A stretch of 64,000 bases of DNA. Origin: Octopus sinensis (lineage: Eukaryota). The position numbers and the translations under genes are program-made. The notes beneath the pieces are model-generated. The model saw only the letters and a program-made list of their open reading frames with translations. It was not told the DNA's origin and made no database searches. The DNA lies in the NCBI RefSeq assembly GCF_006345805.1, contig NC_043008.1:76322001-76386000 (forward strand), given 5' to 3'. This document shows, piece after piece, positions 38,568 to 52,433 of the stretch (position 1 is its first letter; each line of letters opens with the position of its first letter).

Positions 38568-38725
38568 AAGTAAGTGTTCGCTCCCCCCGATAACAATATA
38601 TTGTATATGAAGGGTTCAGAGTCGCACCGATAAACAGCTGGCGGAGAATTTGGCTGGTGTTAAACTAGTCGTAACATTCAACAGCCACTTTGATGTAGCG
38701 ACTGGCTTTCTGTATACACACATAT

Positions 38726-38795
<70 letters not shown>

Positions 38796-38854
38796 AATGT
38801 ATATTATATATATATAATGTAAAGTATAATAGCCATCTCAATATGGCTAACCAC

Positions 38855-39095
38855 AATGGGTGGGTGCTACTGTAGCTTTTAGCCCCAGGAGATCATCGTC
38901 TCCAGCTGGCTTTAGGCACACTATCTGTGCCGTTATGGTATTTGCAAAGGGAGGCCATCCCTTTCTCGTAAGCCTAAGTGGTACGCACGGACCGCAGTTT
39001 CGAGGTTGTTGCCTCTTGTCAACGGGCGGTAATCACCGGATTACGATGAAAGGGAAACCCTGTATGCAACTACTTAAGTGTTTTTCTAGTAACTT
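38855..39095 (+). mobile_element. GC-rich interspersed repeat, probable LINE 5' leader with HDV-like features
   Basis: GC-rich island with several hairpins and a TTCTCGT loop motif in HDV-like register. LINE-leader identity is inference. Confidence 0.35.
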
Positions 39096-39369
39096 CCGTC
39101 ACTGATTTTGAAAACCTTACTAGAAAAACAGGATTTGTAACTGTTGGACCTTTGCGTGAGGAGTGTGAAAACGTGCATTGTCGTGGAGCAAAATTTGCCC
39201 AACTCTATTTACTAGACTCGGTTGCTTTTCTGTTTCAAATTCTCATGCATACAATAAATTTCCTGGCAATATGATGTTACTGTTACCGTTTTTCCTTGTT
39301 ACAAAAGTGAATAATGAATAACTCCATTTGCAGACTACCATACAATGACTACTAACTTTTTAGGGTTCA

Positions 39370-39880
39370 TCTAATCTCTGTCCTGTTCTGCTGTTGCCAA
39401 AGAGTATCTGTTTCGGATCACAAGTAAAAATTTGATGCAAAAATGGTATTTTTCCAGTCGAGAAAGCAATAAGGTGCACACTTCGAGGCGCATATTATTA
39501 TTATTTCTTTTTAATCTCGTTCACTTGATGTGGAACAAACCTATCTGTTTTCTTGGCTTCTCCAATTTTTTACAGGTGTCCAAAAACAGTTGTGCGAGAA
39601 GTTTAGAGTTCTGATGAAAGTTTTCGAACCTTTGTTCTTGGATCTTGTTCAACCAAAGTATTTAATCCATCATGCCGAATAACTGATTTTGGCCTAACCC
39701 TTGATTTATTTTCAAGACTATCATCTCCTGAACAAGAGCTTTGGAACCATTTCTGAACAGTTCTGATGTCAACAAAACCATTAACAAAGGCCCGCGTGAT
39801 TTTCCGTAGAGCATCGGCGGCAGAGTGACTCAGTTTGTATACATACGAGAAAATCACTCAACATAGTTTGGTTGGTATCA
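39370..39880 (-). mobile_element. Mariner transposase N-terminal fragment
   Basis: SAADALRKI..AF....VDIRTVQKWFQ...SGD.SLE...R.RP; L.KIG..KK.D.FVPH. Confidence 0.85.
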
Positions 39881-40030
39881 TTTTCATAAGGTCTGTGGGT
39901 ACGAATCTTGTATACAAATATTGTTGGGAAAGAAAAAGAGTCAAGATTAAATGCAAGGTATACATAATTGAGTTTATAAATGACTGAAATCACAATTAAT
40001 AATACGAAAATTTCATGTGAAACAACCAAT

Positions 40031-40386
40031 TTTATCTTTTATCTTTTATTCGTTTCAGTCATTGGACTGTCGCCATGCTAGGGCACCGCTTGAAAGGGTT
40101 TTAGTAGAAAAATTTGCCCCCAGGACTTATTTTTAATGTCTAGTACTTATCCTATCGTACTCTTTTACCGAACCACTATATTAAGGGAACGTAAACACAT
40201 TAACACCGACTGTCAAAGCGTTGGTGGGGGACAAACACAATCACAAAGACGGACACATAGACATATGTATAGATAGATATACAAATCCGCTCACAAGGCT
40301 TTGGTTGTTCCGAGACTACAGTAGAAGACACTTGCCCGAGGTACCAAATAGTGGGACTGAACCCAGAACCATATGGTTGAGAAGCA
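40031..40386 (-). mobile_element. SINE family A, diverged
   Basis: Reverse complement ggttctgggttcagtcccact..cgggcaagtgtcttctactgtag; (taaaaga)n tail. Confidence 0.85.
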
Positions 40387-40520
40387 CGATCCTTACCGGA
40401 CTGTTACGCATGGTGCTTTCTGCACCAAAGCCTACGTCAGATTTTTCGTCATGGAAAACACCGAAGAAAATTTTGTTCAAACAGAACATCCACATCTCGG
40501 TATTAACACTGCTTCTGTCG

Positions 40521-40562
<42 letters not shown>

Positions 40563-40884
40563 CATATATGCTGTGAGACATATACCATACAAAATACTAA
40601 TCTAAAATTTTAATAATATATAATATTGAACAGTAAGATTATTATAATATATTAGAGCAAATATTTTTACATACGAAGAAGTGATCAAGAATTGAACCCG
40701 AGACTTTAAGTATAACTATTTTTCAAAATAAAGGTGAAAAATAAGATAGGTTCAACAATTCAAAAACATTACAATATAAACCGAACCAAAAGGAGTTATA
40801 ATAATATATTTAATGCATCTCTCATTAGAAAGTTCAATATCAAAACAATACTAAAAATTTCAGAATTACAGACACAATAAAAAT

Positions 40885-41284
40885 ATTCTTTCCTACTCTA
40901 GGTACAAGGCCCGAAATTTGGGGAAGGAGGACAGTCGATTAGATCGAGCCCTGTAAGAAACTGATACTTAATTTAACGACCCCCGAAAGGATGAAAAGCT
41001 AAGTCAACCTCGGTGGAATTTAAACTCAGAACGTAAAGATAAATTAAATACCTATTTCTTTACTACCCACAAGGAGCTAAACACAGAGAGGACAAGCAAG
41101 GGGAGACAAACGGATCAAGTCGATTATATCGACCCAGTGCGTAACTGATACTTATTTAATCGACCCCAAAAGGATGAAAGGCAAAGTTGACCTCGGCGGA
41201 ATTTGAACTCAGAACGTAACGGCAGTCGAAATACAGCCACGCATTTCGCCTGGCGTTCTAACGATTCTGCCAGCTCGCCGCCTT
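40885..41284 (-). mobile_element. SINE family B tandem composite (young full copy plus older partial copy)
   Basis: ggcggcgagctggcagaa head, gagttcaaattccgccg, gcctttcatccttttggggtcgattaaataagtatcag; a second central domain follows. Confidence 0.9.
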
Positions 41285-41867
41285 GACACGCCAAAAATAT
41301 TAAAAATATAATATACATATGTTCGACAAATTATGCAAATCTATAAAAATACATGAGAAATATATAAAAACATATTAATAGTATAGTCCTACTTACTAAT
41401 AAAAGTTAGGTTAAAAATGATATTAAAAAGATTATAAGATGTCCAGAGTATAGTGTATAAAGTAAGATAATGCCCAAGGTATAGTGTATAAATAAATAAT
41501 TCATAGATTAAATGTTGGTTTTCCGTTGTTTCCTCAAGGTAAACCTATGGTTCAAGTGTTCAATTTGCTGCCAACATCTGCTGAATAGAAGACTGGGTAT
41601 GCCGTAACTGCCGATGCACAGACGTGTTGAGGCTTGCGATATTTCCAGCACTGAAGTCGATGTAATTCATTAGACCCATCTTCGCAAATTTCAAGCCTTC
41701 AGTAGAAAGAATTATTATTATAAGGACTGTGAGCAGGCAGAATAATTGGCACGTCGCACAAAATTGTCCTACATGCTGACGATTCTGCTTAGTGGTACTT
41801 GATCTGAATATCACCTTGCACTAAAACTGCTAGCCTTGTGTCAAAATTTGAAATCATTAAGAGCACC

Positions 41868-42072
41868 GAGGCGGTAGAATCAGTAACATACCAGATGAAA
41901 TACTTAGTGACATGTTTTCTGCTCTACGTTCTGAGTTCAAACATCACCGATGAATTTGCTTTTCAGATGTCGATTAAATAAATACCAGTTGAGCATTGAT
42001 GTCGATATAGTCGACTGAGACTCGTCTCCAAAATTTGAGGTATCTCTTGTGCCTGGAGCAGAAAGAATTATC
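41868..42072 (+). mobile_element. SINE family B, old
   Basis: ctacgttctgagttcaaa, gtcgattaaataaataccagttgagca, gtcgatatagtcgact. Confidence 0.75.
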
Positions 42073-43775
42073 ATTTTTACTACTAGTATTATTGCTGCTG
42101 CTGCTGCTGCTGCCACGGAAACTGTCACAAAGGTTTGATCGAGTAAAACTCTGATTTAAATTCGTCACCGGTGTTGTTGGTTGACGGAAATATCACCTTA
42201 AAGATATAAAAACAAACATTTCTCTAGCACCCTAGATATTCACGTTCTTTTTAAATTAGACGATCTAACAATTGTTTGTATAGCATTCTAATATGTTTAC
42301 ATTATCTTCTGTTGATGTTCCACGTTTTAAGAAATTAATTAAAACTAATTATTTCATTATTCCGGAATAAATCAGCAAAATGTTTGCTAACTTCCTATCC
42401 AATACTGGAATCTGATGTAAAGTGTAATTACTCTCTCTACATCCATTCCATAATATATTTGTTGTACCACGGAAAACACGTTCGCTGAATTCTCCATATT
42501 ATCGAATATAATATAGGAAAACTGCTATTAATTTTGTAAATACCAGTTTTGAGCAGAGGTTAGTTTCTAATGTATTAAACTTGAAAACCAAGCCGAGGTT
42601 TCCGACATGTCATCAGAAGACTTTTAAATTTTAAAATGCTCACCTTAACTAGGTAACTGAATTATCACTTTTCTCTAAGAAATTTTTAAGGAATCAACTT
42701 TTGACGAGTCTAGTATTTTCAGTAAATAGATATAGTTATGAATCATCTATAGTATGGAATTTCTTGGAATAATTATTCTGACATTACACATACTATTGTG
42801 AAGTTTGTCTATGAATAAATATTCCACAATTAACATTTTCCCTTTCTTTACTGCTACAGCTTTGAAGAATTATCTCTAAGCTTTCAGTTTCAAAAGGAAA
42901 CTTTGAAGTAACTTAGATTACGGACTATTTTATGGGTCTGCAGTTAAATATGGAAGCAATATTAAGTATTTCTTAACTTGTGCTGATCTACATTACTGAA
43001 AAGATAGCAATGGAAAGTAAACATTTTATAACAGTATCAAGAAGTAATTTTTCTTACGAAAGTATAACAGTTTGAATATAAAGAAACGAAAGATAAAATT
43101 GAGTTGGTCACTTTATTTTTAAAGACGTCAGTGGCACGAGGGAAATAAAATTGTTACAAACGCTTTTGAACTATCACCAGAAGTTTGATTTTAATGTAAA
43201 TTAAAATAGAACTTTTATATGCTGCTCTGTTGTGATATATAAAGGAGACTAATTGTTTATAACTCTAATCTGATTGTTGTTGGGTCCAGCTATTTCACTA
43301 AACTATGAATTCTCGTGACATTTCTCATGTTTTACTTCACATAAAATGGTAGTGGCAAAAATGTATTAGTGTGAATTTCTGTTACAGATCACGAAAACTT
43401 TTTATGGTTATTTTCTCTTGATATAACAGCCTCAGATATATCCAACGATTATCATAAATATGGACGACATTCGACGATAACGAACGACGATCACGTTGAA
43501 AAACTGGGTGCTTTGAGCAGTGAAAATATCATTCGGCAGTCCTTGAATTTTCCGTAAATAAAATCAGCTGTCTTAATTTTAAATGAAAAATTGAACAGTT
43601 ACCATGTGGTTGCGAATCAGTTGACTGATGACCAAAAGGTAAACGCAGTCATAATCAGTCCCTGTCAATTACAGTCATTCACAATCAATTACACTCAAGC
43701 AAAAGCTGTTAGATCACTCTCAGATAGGGCAAAATTTACAGAGAAATATCATAAAAGCTGAGAACCTGACTAGTA

Positions 43776-44121
43776 TATCCTTTTCTACTCTAGGCACAAG
43801 GCCCGAAATTTTGAGGGAGGAGCCCAGTCGATTAGATCGACCCCAATACGAAATGTCGCTAAGCATTTCACCCGGCGTGCTAACGTTTCTTATTTCTTTA
43901 CTGCCCATAAGGGGCTACACACAGAGGGGACAAACATGTACAGATAAATGGATTAAGTCGAATATATCGACCCAGTGCGTAACTGGTACTTATTTAATCG
44001 ACCCTGAAAGGATGAAAAACAAAGTCGACCTCGGTGGAATTTGAACTCAGAACGTAGCGGCAGACGAAATACTGCTAAGCATTTCGTCCGGCGTGCTAAC
44101 GTTTCTGTCAGCTCGCCGCCT
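43776..44121 (-). mobile_element. SINE family B tandem composite
   Basis: Full copy 43887-44121 followed by a head-truncated, internally deleted variant 43776-43886. Confidence 0.9.
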
Positions 44122-44655
44122 TCGAAACAATCGTCTCCGTGAGTCGGGTCACTGTCGTTCCATTAAAATAAAGTACAGATGAATTAATTACATGTGAAGT
44201 TGATATTCGAACGGCGTCAGTAAAAATAAGGTTATTGTACGTGTTCAGAAATTCAATAAGTTTCAGCTGTGTGTCCCGACCCATATGAAAGAAGCAGTCG
44301 GAGCGAAAAGGCCGAAAGCATAGCAAAGTACGAGGCGACGATTTTCCTCCTGTCACCCTTCTCGTTCATTTCAGATCAGAGTATAAATTTCAATATCGTA
44401 ACTGATGAAACAGTAAAGGTGAATTTGTTAATTTGTCACAAAAGCATTATCTTTTTAACTTTTTTCAGTCATTAGACTGCGGTCATGCTTGGACACCAAC
44501 TTGAAGAGTCAAATCGATTCTAGTACTTATTTTTTAAAGCCTGCTTATTAAGATACCGTTACGTAAATACACTAACACTGGTCTAACTACAGGAACATGG
44601 ATTTAGGGTCAATTAAAACGGCTACGTGAAACTACTGGTGTCTGTAGTCAATCTC

Positions 44656-45000
44656 TGGCTGGAGAGAGTTGCTGCAATATGTATGACAGTAGGATACAGC
44701 TCCGTGCCTTGCCTCTGGAAACAGTCAGAAGTGATTGTCGGATAATTTCTACGACTTCACCAGCCTCAATATCTGGCGCTTTAATTTTACTGATGGTAAT
44801 CCCAAGGATTATTGTTTGCAGCACAGTTGAGAAAGACACCAGCCGCTCTTCCTGGAACATCTAGGCCGAGCTGGTTGCCAAGATCAAGGGGGTATTGGAA
44901 GATTTTCCTATGGACACAGTTGCATTTGAGGAATGCATGTACCAGATTCCAGGGCTGTCTTGAAGCCATGGTGGAAGCTGGAGCTGGCTACTTTGAGTAA
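44656..45000 (+). mobile_element. Tc1/mariner (maT/DD37D-like) transposase C-terminal fragment
   Basis: YV.QQD.AP, NF.DF...NIW...NP.DY, EL.AKIK, ACTRF.G.LEAMVEAGAGYFE*. Confidence 0.75.
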
Positions 45001-45086
45001 ACTGTTATCTAATATCCATAATCTTCTTGGACAGGATATTGTGCTTTAAATTCCTTTTATGCAAACAGTCAAATTCATTCAAAACA

Positions 45087-45189
<103 letters not shown>

Positions 45190-46439
45190 ACGGCGGTGCA
45201 TCAGCATGGCCCGCAGCTCTGAGCTGAAACTAGAAAATATATATATATATATTGTAGTTGATTGAAAGTCTGCATCGGATACTCCAAGTTGTATCGGATG
45301 CTTAACCACTGCGGGTCATCAAGAAACACTTTATCGCATTATGTTACATATAACAAATTAATCATTAATTCTCTGTAACATAATGCAACAAAATATAGGC
45401 AATTATTGGTTATGCAGTGCTTCAAGTACTAAATATACAGACGAATATTATCCTAATATTATGTAGTTTTCATCCACAAACTTTTTCGTACACTTATTCT
45501 GTTTATAACTTACAAATAGCACAAAATACTGTACACTCAACCAGGCAGTAGTATAAAAGAGATGCAGTAACAAAAGGATAAAAGCTTACACAAATAAACT
45601 TAATAAAAGCTTGAGTGATGCGATGAGTGTGTATGTGTGTGCGCGTGTGTGTGTATGCGCGCGTGTATGTGTGTGTGTGTGTAGAGTAGACCTTAAATGA
45701 GTTCTAGGTAAGGCAGATATTAACTGTTTGCGTTACTATTGCGTCTGAAATATATCCCTTAATAACGTATTTATTGTTGAGAAGAGAATTACCTGTGGTT
45801 ACATTGTTAAGAGGAATTCCGCATGTTTTTCTAGTTACTTCATTAAGGTAATATTTGAAAGAGCTATAATTTACATTCACGGTATTCGTATGACAAAAAT
45901 TGTAATACAATGATAGTGCCGAAATGCGATTATTTATTCGTATTTAAAAGTACCCAGTACTATTTGTAGTTACGTTCAATGCTACAGTGTAAATTGAAAC
46001 ATGCGATTTTCTTTTGGTGCGGACAGTGGGCATGGCTGGAAGAGCTTATGCTTCATCTTATAGCAAAACCTAGATGCGTTGATAGTTGAGACTTTCATCT
46101 ACTAACAATATTCTAAATTGTTCCGTGTGAATTCTTAGTGCCATTATCTATTGTGTTTATGAAGTGGCTAGCATTTGTCCGTCGTGTTTTGAAGTTATAC
46201 TTGTATTTTCCAGTAACAATTTACATGTTCATATTTATTGTAACTTAAAGGCGGAACTGACTAAATATATTAACATGCTTCTAATTTTATCCTTTTGGTG
46301 TACGTTCACCGTAAATAGTGCCGGCGGAGCATACTATCTTTACCACACTATTCTGCCCTCTCCTACAATTTTCCCAGTCGTTTCTATCCCATGAAGACCC
46401 ACGAGATCTGATATTTTGTCGCCATTATGGCTTCCGATA

Positions 46440-46785
46440 TATATAAGGAAAGCTTAGTATCCGGCTAAAGAAGCTTGAGAGGTAGTTGGATGGAACCTAC
46501 AGATGTGAAACTACCACCTGCGTCATCTCTTGTGAAAAGTAGGAGCGTCCAGTTTGCTGGACATTGTTGTAGAGCTGAAAACGAGGCAATTTCTACTCTT
46601 CCCCTCTGAAAGCCATCTACTCGCAATACATGAGGGCGCACACTGTCCTACCCTGATGTAATCTCCAGGGATACAGGCATCCAGCAACAGGGCATCCGTA
46701 TTCCCATGATGGACCGTGAAGTCTGGCGTAGCATGGTAAATTCCATTGTCTCGACCACGGTCGAACAATAATTATGATGATAGTA
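46440..46785 (+). mobile_element. RTE-like LINE 3' end
   Basis: S.VK.R..QFAGHC.RAE..; ends tcgaccacggtcgaacaa followed by a (tga)-type tail. Confidence 0.7.
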
Positions 46786-48704
46786 TCCAGCACATATGAG
46801 CTTAAAATGACACAAATTTCATAGCATAATATTGGTCTCAAGTATCAATGTGTAAATTTAACCAAAGCTCTAGCACTTGCACGACAATAGTTTGTGATGT
46901 CGAAGAATAAAACTCCACAATGTCAAATAGAATAAATTTAAAACTGACTTTTAAATCTGTTCTATTATTCTAAATTTTGGCTCATAGATTGTCAATACTT
47001 ATGGAAGTAAATAATAATTACCGCTAGATAAGGGATTTTATGAGATTTATGTCTACATTTAGGATTGTTAGCAAAATCATTTTTGTATCATTAAGACTTA
47101 AACATTTTTGCATTGATTCAGACGTTGAAGTTTGTTATATTTACCTGGACTGTAAACTACCTCCTTCATTCTTTACTATATTCACTGTTCCATGATTTGT
47201 CATTGTTTTCAATAATTATTGCCAATATTATCTTATAATATACCATGATTTTTTTCCTACTGTACTCATCCATAATTTTAATTTAATGGTTTAATCAATA
47301 TGTACAAGACGTTTTTGAAAGGGATCTGTATATTATTTAGTTACCCTATGAAGCTACTAGTATGATTACAAATGTTTACGTTATTAGTAAGCGTAATTTA
47401 GTTCACCGAGAATTTCTGCATAATCTACAGAGGGTTTCTGTTGGTTTGGAAAAAAGGAACTTTAGCTATATTTGGCATAACTTTATGGAAGAAAAGTATC
47501 TTCTACTTCAGTCTTTTAAACACATTTTCCATTTTCGAAATTATTCACACAACAATAAATAAATACTTTGTGGTTCCCCATATTTATCTCGGTTATTGAT
47601 ATGTTCAAAATCCGCTTGTATTCAATTGTTCGTCATAGTGATACCTTAAAATACTATTTCAAATATATTTTCTGGCCCTTACGAAGTGTTCCCTCTCCAT
47701 CGACTTCCCCATCACCCAAAATTCACTATTGTCAGTTTTTCCCATCGCTCTGAAACCCATCTTCGCTGAATATGTAATATTTATTTTTAACCTTTAACTA
47801 TCATCACGATATGTAGGTTTATCAGAGAATAACTTCGGCATGCATTTTCAATAGTTTACCAAAGTAGACCAAAGTAGTTTTGTTTTGATATATAAAATAA
47901 TAGCGATAATAAATACAAAAATATTCTCAGATTCAGTGTTATAATTATTCAGGCATTCAAAAGGTTAAATCGACAAATACTACAATAGGAAGTGGCACAC
48001 TACTACACCGACTGAGAGGGAAAGAGTGAGATTGACAGTATGACTGAGAGAGGAGGGGAGAAGTGTAAAGGAGACTTCCATCGATGAATAGAACCAGTGA
48101 GCTTCCATCTTTAAGCATGTATAATACTGAGATTTCGCTTCCACAATGCACTGAATAGCTATTTAATAATATTGTATTCCATTTTTCTTCGCCGCAGACT
48201 ATACAGTTCTAGTAATCAATACGTATATTTTGCCAGGCAAAGATCAAATAGAGAAAAAAAACGTGTGCACATTAATATCTAGGCTTGAGAGTATTGAAAG
48301 CTGGAATATATATATATGTATTGTTTCATTGTTTCATAGTATGCAGATATAAGGCAAAGATCATTATGTTCTCGAGTTATCGAATATTCCAACACGTGTT
48401 TACTTAACAGTTACAAACGTCACATCAGATGCAGTGTTAAGTGCTTCTTTAACTATGTATACATATATTTATGACGTAACTAATGTATGGTGTATATAAA
48501 CATTACACAGGCGCATACATGCTGTGACTGTATGCACGTAAGTCCAAGAATATGTGCACACGCAAAGGAACGTACACACATGAAGAGACACACACATATA
48601 TATATACCTATACACATAGATTTATTTATATACATACATACATACATATACACGTACACACACACACTACACACACAAACGCACACAGACACACAGACAT
48701 ACAA

Positions 48705-48772
<68 letters not shown>

Positions 48773-48780
48773 ATTATATA

Positions 48781-50395
48781 TGGTGGTTGTCTACTCCTTG
48801 TGCAGAATTTGACCACCTTAGAACCATCATTGATCTGATGTGGATTTTTAAACCAGATAATGTTCTGAAAAGGCACCAACATAGATTCCATATGCGATTT
48901 GGACCACCAAGAGCTGCAGATAAGTTCTAATTTTTGTGGATCTTAAAATGTCTTTTGAGGCCTCCTTTTGGTTTTCAAACCTTCTGGCATACATTACATT
49001 CAATGTTGTGCAGAGATATATAGCAGAATAGTTGCTGTATGTTTGTTTTCCATAGGTTCACAAATGAGATTTGAGCCCAGCAAAACAAAGGCATGGCCTG
49101 TCGCAGACTGTGCACACAAAAAGGTCATTGTCATTCACCATCTCGATCATAACATTCTTCCTTAAATCTCTTTTGAGTCCTGCATGCGTTCATCTGCCAT
49201 TCGAACAATATGGCCACACCATCTCATTTAATTTCTCAAAATCATAGCTTTAATTGAGGTTTTCCCTGCAGATGCAAGGACATCTGTGTTTAGAATAAAA
49301 GAAACCCATTTAATGTTTAAAATGCGATGCAGGCATTTTTGGTGGAATTGTTCTAGCAATATAAAATGTTTTTCATAACATGCCATGTTTCACAGGAATA
49401 CAACAGGGATGGTAAGACAAATGATTTGCAAAGAGCCAACTTTTTATTGTTATTTGTATGTTGCTGCCGCAAACGCGTGACTCCAAAGCACCAAATGCTT
49501 TTGCTGCCCTTTGAATTCGCAGATGTATTTCTGTATCAAGATTTCCATCATTTTATACCGAGCTTCCAAGGTAGATGCACGAATCAACAATCTCAAGTAG
49601 TTACTTGAGATTGCTGATTCGTGCATCTACCTTAACAAAACTTTGGTGGGTGTGTTACAAACAAGTCGATGGTCTAGCCAAAATCATCACAAGCTGGGTC
49701 AATGCAGGCCTGTTTCAGAATGACTGGCAAGATCGCAACCGTCAGCATATAAATCTCTGAGCGAGATATAAACAGTGGCAGTACGGAACCGGGATCTTTT
49801 CGGTTTGAACGGCAGTTTTAACATAATTTCTAGGTAACTAAAAAATGTTAAACTTCGTATACTGGTAGAATGTGTATATAAAACATCTTTTTCTCTTTAT
49901 TGAGAAAATTCTATAGTTTGTAAGATATTTGTTGTTTTTTTCTTCAATTTCTGCAATTTCAACCAATAAGTGACGTCTATTGAGTTAAAAAGCATTCTGT
50001 GCCGTATGAATATGTCCCTCGTTTAAGAAACATATTGGATTTATTTACATTTGTGAAGAAAAAAAGATACCCTTCCCCCACCCCTAACCCTAACTAACCC
50101 TGACCCTAAAAGAGATTAAAATGCAATAGATCGATTCTAAGGTCATAATTATGGGTGACAATTTCATATGACACCGCTAGAAAAAACTGCCGTTCAAACC
50201 GAAAAGATCCCGGAACCGTAACATATATTTGCCAACAACGTCTGTCATCCTATACAGAAACTGTATAGGACACGTTGTGCCACAAATGCAACCAATAATT
50301 TGTGCCATTGCAGACGGTACTGTCAGAAAACAACAGGGTGTCCTGTCCGGCATTTGGACACCAATTCTACGCCCCTGAATCATCATCAACATAAT
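48781..50395 (-). mobile_element. Degraded RTE LINE (RT to 3' end) split by a MITE
   Basis: I.FLYR, RDLYADGC.LA.HSE..L, G..I....TKV, ..FHQKCL.RIL.I.W, RW.GH. Confidence 0.8.
49784..50218. mobile_element. MITE with ~36-bp TIRs, TA TSD and internal telomere-like repeats
   Basis: TA-cggaaccgggatcttttcggtttgaacggcagttt ... aaactgccgttcaaaccgaaaagatcccggaaccg-TA; ccctaaccctaactaaccctgaccctaa at ~50082-50108. Removing it restores the host LINE. Confidence 0.9.
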
Positions 50396-50939
50396 ATAGA
50401 CATTAAACTCTATATGATGTACTCAATACGGTTAATATTATTTGTACTTTAATAACATATTTTCATTAAGTGCATGCTAAGCCAGAAATTATAATGGCTT
50501 CAGCAGGTTGAATAACTAATCTAATTAAGCTTAGTACCATGAAATAGGTACTTTTCCAATGGTGGAGTGGTAATTTCTCAGTGAACCGAGTTATAAATAT
50601 TACGCGATTAACTGTAAGAAGCTTAGAATTAATTGAAACATTAGAACGACTCTCTTTAAAAAGTGTAACAAAGTTATCTGACAGAACCGAAAATTACTTA
50701 GTTTGATGTTTTTCTAAATTGAATCCCTCGTCTCACTTAAGAGTTCAAATCACACCTTTATCAACGTTGCCTGCAAATTACCCAGCGCAAGTGTGATTAA
50801 CTGGTCACCATCACAAACGCATTTTAAAAAAGAAAATGAATATTCAGCGAAAAGTTTGTTTACACTACTTCTTTCAGAAAAGAGCTCAGTCATTATTTTC
50901 CGTGGGTGAAAGAGTAAAAATAATATATTTTCACGTGAT

Positions 50940-51152
<213 letters not shown>

Positions 51153-52296
51153 CGATGCGTTGGGAAGGTGTGAAGAGGTTAAACTTGGTGAGTTGGTAAG
51201 GAAATCGATTCATTGCTTCAAAGATAATTATATTTATAGCTAGCTAGACAGATAGGTAAATAGATGTGTAGCAATAAATCCTGAGAGGAAAAAGAAGATA
51301 AATAACTGTGATGGGAGATGCTGGTAAAATTATGAACGAATGACTAAATAGGTAGAGAGCGTGTGGCATAAAGTGTGACCCAGGCTTTCATATGTTTTTT
51401 AATTTCTTTACTTGTACAGATCAATGTAATTATCACGTAGTCTATTTCCTGTGGACGATATTGCACTGCTCTCTTACCACATTGTCCTTCTAGGGAGTAT
51501 ACATCTTATTTAACTTGTATATTTTCTAAAATGTTCAAATGTTCCTTTAGCAAATACTTCTCTTCAGTATGATGTAGTTTCCGATGTAAACCTTTACAAT
51601 TTTGATCGATTTTAAGATGGTGTTGTGATATAAATGCTTGTGACGGTTTAAATATGTTGTTGCTGTTTTAGATTTATATCTTTATGATCCACGTTCAAAT
51701 TACACCGAGCTCGACTTAAGAGAGTCAGTAAAAGAATGACTTGTTAATTTGTTTCAGTCTCGAGAACTATATGACCTTCTCTGTAAATAGACTGTTCTGT
51801 GCAATAGGTTTACTGTTATTTATCAAAGGTTCCAATTTTAGCATTGATATTAATTCTATACACTTTGCAAATATTACATATATAACTGTCCTGAAAAAGG
51901 ATTTGAACTCAGAATGGTGAGGGAATTCTGATATAAAAACAACCAGTTTTCATAAAAGAAAATAAAACCTGTTATACTACATTCTATTGCTAGTATCTAC
52001 TTCGTTCTACATTGTCCTGAGGAATGGGATGTTCATTCTCCGTAAATGTCGTTCAGTATTTAATTCATCTATTTAGTTATAAGTGTAAGTTGTAGCGTCA
52101 TGCACATATCACCAGTTTATAGATATTTTTTTAAATTAAATTTATTGATTTAGTGTCTATCTGGGTGTACATCTGCGAGTGTTTGATTTTATATCTGGCG
52201 CATACCACTTCCGAAATATTTTAAGCGTGTGGACTGACTTAATCATAACTAGTAACACTTCAACGATACTCTTTGGTATACTAGTGACAGGATATA

Positions 52297-52327
<31 letters not shown>

Positions 52328-52433
52328 GTTTTGCATTATACATTGTTAAACTCGTACTGTATCCCGTTAGCAGTATTATAATGAAGAAACAGTTGCAAAC
52401 TGTAAATGTTGGATACTGATTGAGAATGCAGGC

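Noticed and set aside
43618-43655. CTGATGA-CC-AAAA-GG-TAAA-CGCAG-TC hammerhead-like string
   Set aside because: GAAA is replaced by TAAA, stem II is 2 bp and there is no stem I.
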